DNA of 41,850 bases from Phoronis australis (lineage: Eukaryota; Animalia; Phoronida), in NCBI GenBank assembly GCA_002633005.1, contig NMRA01000400.1, positions 238,771-280,620 of the forward strand, in the 5' to 3' direction. Below, piece by piece: positions 39,550-41,850 of this stretch (position 1 is the first letter of the stretch; each line of letters starts with the position of its first letter). The notes under the pieces are model-generated. The model worked only from the letters and a program-made list of their open reading frames with translations. It was not told the origin of the DNA and searched no databases. A program made the position numbers and the translations under genes.

Positions 39550-40450
39550 GCCCTCCCGTTGACTTGTAAGCAAGTCGCGTGACCATGGGATATGCAGAAT
39601 CGATCTTTGACGCGTTTCATTGGCTAACATTTTCGGCCACTTTTGCAAATTTCCGGATTTGCCGAAGAAAGTTTCGGGCCATACAACACGTGATAAAACC
39701 TCCCAAAACAGTGGTGTTTCTATTAATTCTTAAGCGATCAACTTATCAAACTTTGTGGTGGACAAATATGTTTGTTTTTCGCTTAAGATGTCCTTATTAC
39801 CTTTACCAAATATCCACGACAATATCCCTGATATCGCACTGCGGCACCGGTCGGTCCCGTTGTTAGCGCGCAAGCGGCCCCGGCAAGACAATCGTGACTT
39901 AGATATGTGCGCCTCGTTTTTATCCCATAAGACAGCCACAGTGAAAATGACAACCTATTAATCCCTGAACGACAATCACATCTTTACTTTCAGTTGCAAA
40001 GAAATTCTCAAACCCCAATACTTGTTTCTGGGGCTACGTGCGCGAAATATGATTTGTCTTTCACACGTTGTTGCCAACGTAAAGTGTAGGCCTATTCCAG
40101 CGATTCAAGTGTGTGAACTCACGCGTGCGCACCGTTTAAAAAGAGAACAGCGGCAGTCCTAAATGAAAGAGTATACCGGCTTGGCTCTGTTAAGCACCCG
40201 GGTGCCAATGGTTTATTTGAAAATGAACTCATAGATTTCCGGCGGTTATAAAAGACCTCCTCCCGTTCAGTAACGCTAGGACCTCGCTAAAAAGCAAGAC
40301 TTTGCGAGATTACGTGAGATATTGCGGTATATTTTTAATAGAAACACGTGACTGTCTAGACCACCGCCGCCGTAAAAATGTTCAGACTCCAATAGAAACA
40401 ATCATGTTCCAACTGAAGCGGGCAATTAAAAACAAAATTATTCCGGGTGG
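39550..40450. promoter_or_regulatory. CpG-rich promoter-like region
   Basis: High CpG density relative to the flanks. ATTGGCT (CCAAT) near 39619, CACGTG at 39687 and 40345, TACGTG at 40035 and 40311, CACGCGTGCGCA near 40120, and a minus-strand donor AAAG|gtaata at 39801. Confidence 0.45.
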
Positions 40451-40965
40451 CTAAAAAGGGTACAGTGTAGGTGGTAACGATATGCAGAAAGTCACCCCTA
40501 CTAGATGGAGTTTGCCTCGCAAAATCGTATTATTATAACGTTTCTTACCATTGCAGGGTTTTAATATCTTATTACCGCAAACACTCAGGTTAACGACTAT
40601 GCTAACGCACAAGCCTACTTCCTACCATTGAAGTGTTTCACAATAAGCACTCACTGATCTACTAAGCATTCCCCCTCAACCTTTGAGAATTTCCAATTAA
40701 AGGCGAAGGCAACCTTTTTCCATGTCATTTTGAGCTAAAATAAGGTTGGTTCGTTATCCTAGTCATATTTTCCACTTAATTACAGCTTTTCGTAATTTTA
40801 TTAATTACTTGTCCGCTACTGCGGAAGTGACGTTTTAGGAGGCAAGCATTTCGCGCCAATTTCTTTTCATATAGTCTGACGGTGAGAGCTGCCGAGTCAT
40901 TCATTGTTCTACCTCGGTTGTGTTAAGTTTCGCCATCGTTTGCTTTCATTTACTAGTCAGTCAAC

Positions 40966-41757
40966 ATGCCACACTGTTGCTGCGTACAGGAATGTACTAA
41001 TTATCGGCTCACGCGCGCTTTGGGAGTACCTCTGCTTTCCGATGGATGACACACTTCGCCGTACTTGGCTCGTTCATGTGAAGAACGCAGCGTTACCCGT
41101 CCACGCAACGTACAAAGCAGTGGAGAATTACCGTGTGTGTGGCAAGCACTTTCTGCCCTCCGGTTACGGAAGGGATTTGTACGCTGAACTGATGAAGGTC
41201 CCTGCACAAGAACGCCTGAAGAAGGATGCCATTCCGTCTGTGTTGATTCCCGGCAGTGCCCCGTCGCCACCCCCGAGAAGTGCGTTTTTGAGGCGAGAAG
41301 CTTTGCGAGCTGTGGCCAGTACAGTGACTGGAGCCAGTGGAGGCACTTCATCTACTGTCACCCGTGCCTCCGAACGTACCCCAGAGCGTGCAATTCCTGG
41401 AACCAGTAGTGATTCGCCATGTGCTGTTTTCTCCAACCCAGAGCCTCTAAGCAGCCTTGCAGCGATATTGAGTATTGGGAGTACGTGATTACAGGACCAG
41501 TTCGACACCCAGTGGAGAGGACAGTTTGTCGTTCAGTGAACAGATCGGTGAGCCAAACTTTGATAAGTTTATTGAGGACTTGTCTATTTAGAAGGTGCCA
41601 GGTGTGTGGCGAGGGAGTCACACGACACGATGTAAGCAGTTTGGGTGCTCAGGTCACCATCTAGTGGGAGTGTGTCGCGGGAGACTCTGGCAACTGAGTG
41701 CGGGACAGTTGTTCCTCTGTCCGTGGTATGCCGGAGGTCCACTTAACCATGTCCAGT
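40966..41757 (+). pseudogene. Kolobok transposase N-terminal remnant: THAP domain + zinc-finger region, no DDE core
   Basis: MPHCCCVQECTNY, frameshift near 41030, then FPMDDTLRRTWL..RVCGKHF..LKKDAIPSV (THAP C2CH with an AVPTIF-like box). A low-complexity linker follows, then LISLLRTCLFRRCQVCG..LGAQVTI*WECVAGDSGN*..VRGMPEVHLTMSS. Confidence 0.82.
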
Positions 41758-41850
41758 AGTGGCTTGGCCTCGTCGAACTCTGAACAGCACAAGCATTCCA
41801 TTGAGGTAGGCATAACAACGCACACAGTGCATTTGCACCAAGATGTGTCA
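41751..41850 (-). pseudogene. KolX (P2X7 C-terminal ballast-like Cys-rich protein) remnant
   Basis: Minus strand from 41849 reads DTSWCKCTVCVVMPTSMECLCCSEFDEAKPLLD, matching the WCxCxxCxxMPTxxECxCCxE signature. Start lies outside the window. Not in the ORF track. Confidence 0.82.

Larger units (their letters stand above)
40701..41850 (+). mobile_element. Kolobok transposon, internally deleted, running off the window
   Basis: Left end TTAA|AGGCGAAGGCAACC. THAP-transposase remnant on + and KolX remnant on -, in the convergent layout characteristic of Kolobok. Confidence 0.82.

Noticed and set aside
40904-41488. 194-aa ORF as an intact host THAP gene
   Set aside because: The true THAP start (MPHCCCVQEC, 40966) is in another frame. 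A frameshift, downstream stops, the TTAA-flanked end and the KolX remnant indicate a dead transposon.

Overview
AT-rich eukaryotic (animal) genomic DNA; the repeat repertoire suggests a marine invertebrate (inference). The only host gene I can support is the 5' part of a minus-strand PFKFB gene (6-phosphofructo-2-kinase/fructose-2,6-bisphosphatase). It has two clear kinase-domain exons (12625-12744, 11525-11621), a phase-compatible candidate first coding exon (14215-14314) and possible further upstream promoters or exons. The rest is a dense, partly nested set of transposons: a 4.3-kb degenerate AcademX element with intact TIRs and TSD, three non-autonomous Kolobok-type elements (two are copies of one family), two copies of a Tc2/pogo-like MITE (one inside a Penelope GIY-YIG remnant), a Harbinger-like MITE, a foldback element and several tandem repeats. 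At the right edge, an internally deleted Kolobok joins a THAP-transposase remnant directly to a convergent KolX (P2X7-ballast-like) remnant. A ~1.8-kb block of compact, intronless, decayed ORFs of unknown origin (36.2-38.0 kb) is not explained by any family I recognise. All calls were made by eye; no searches were run.
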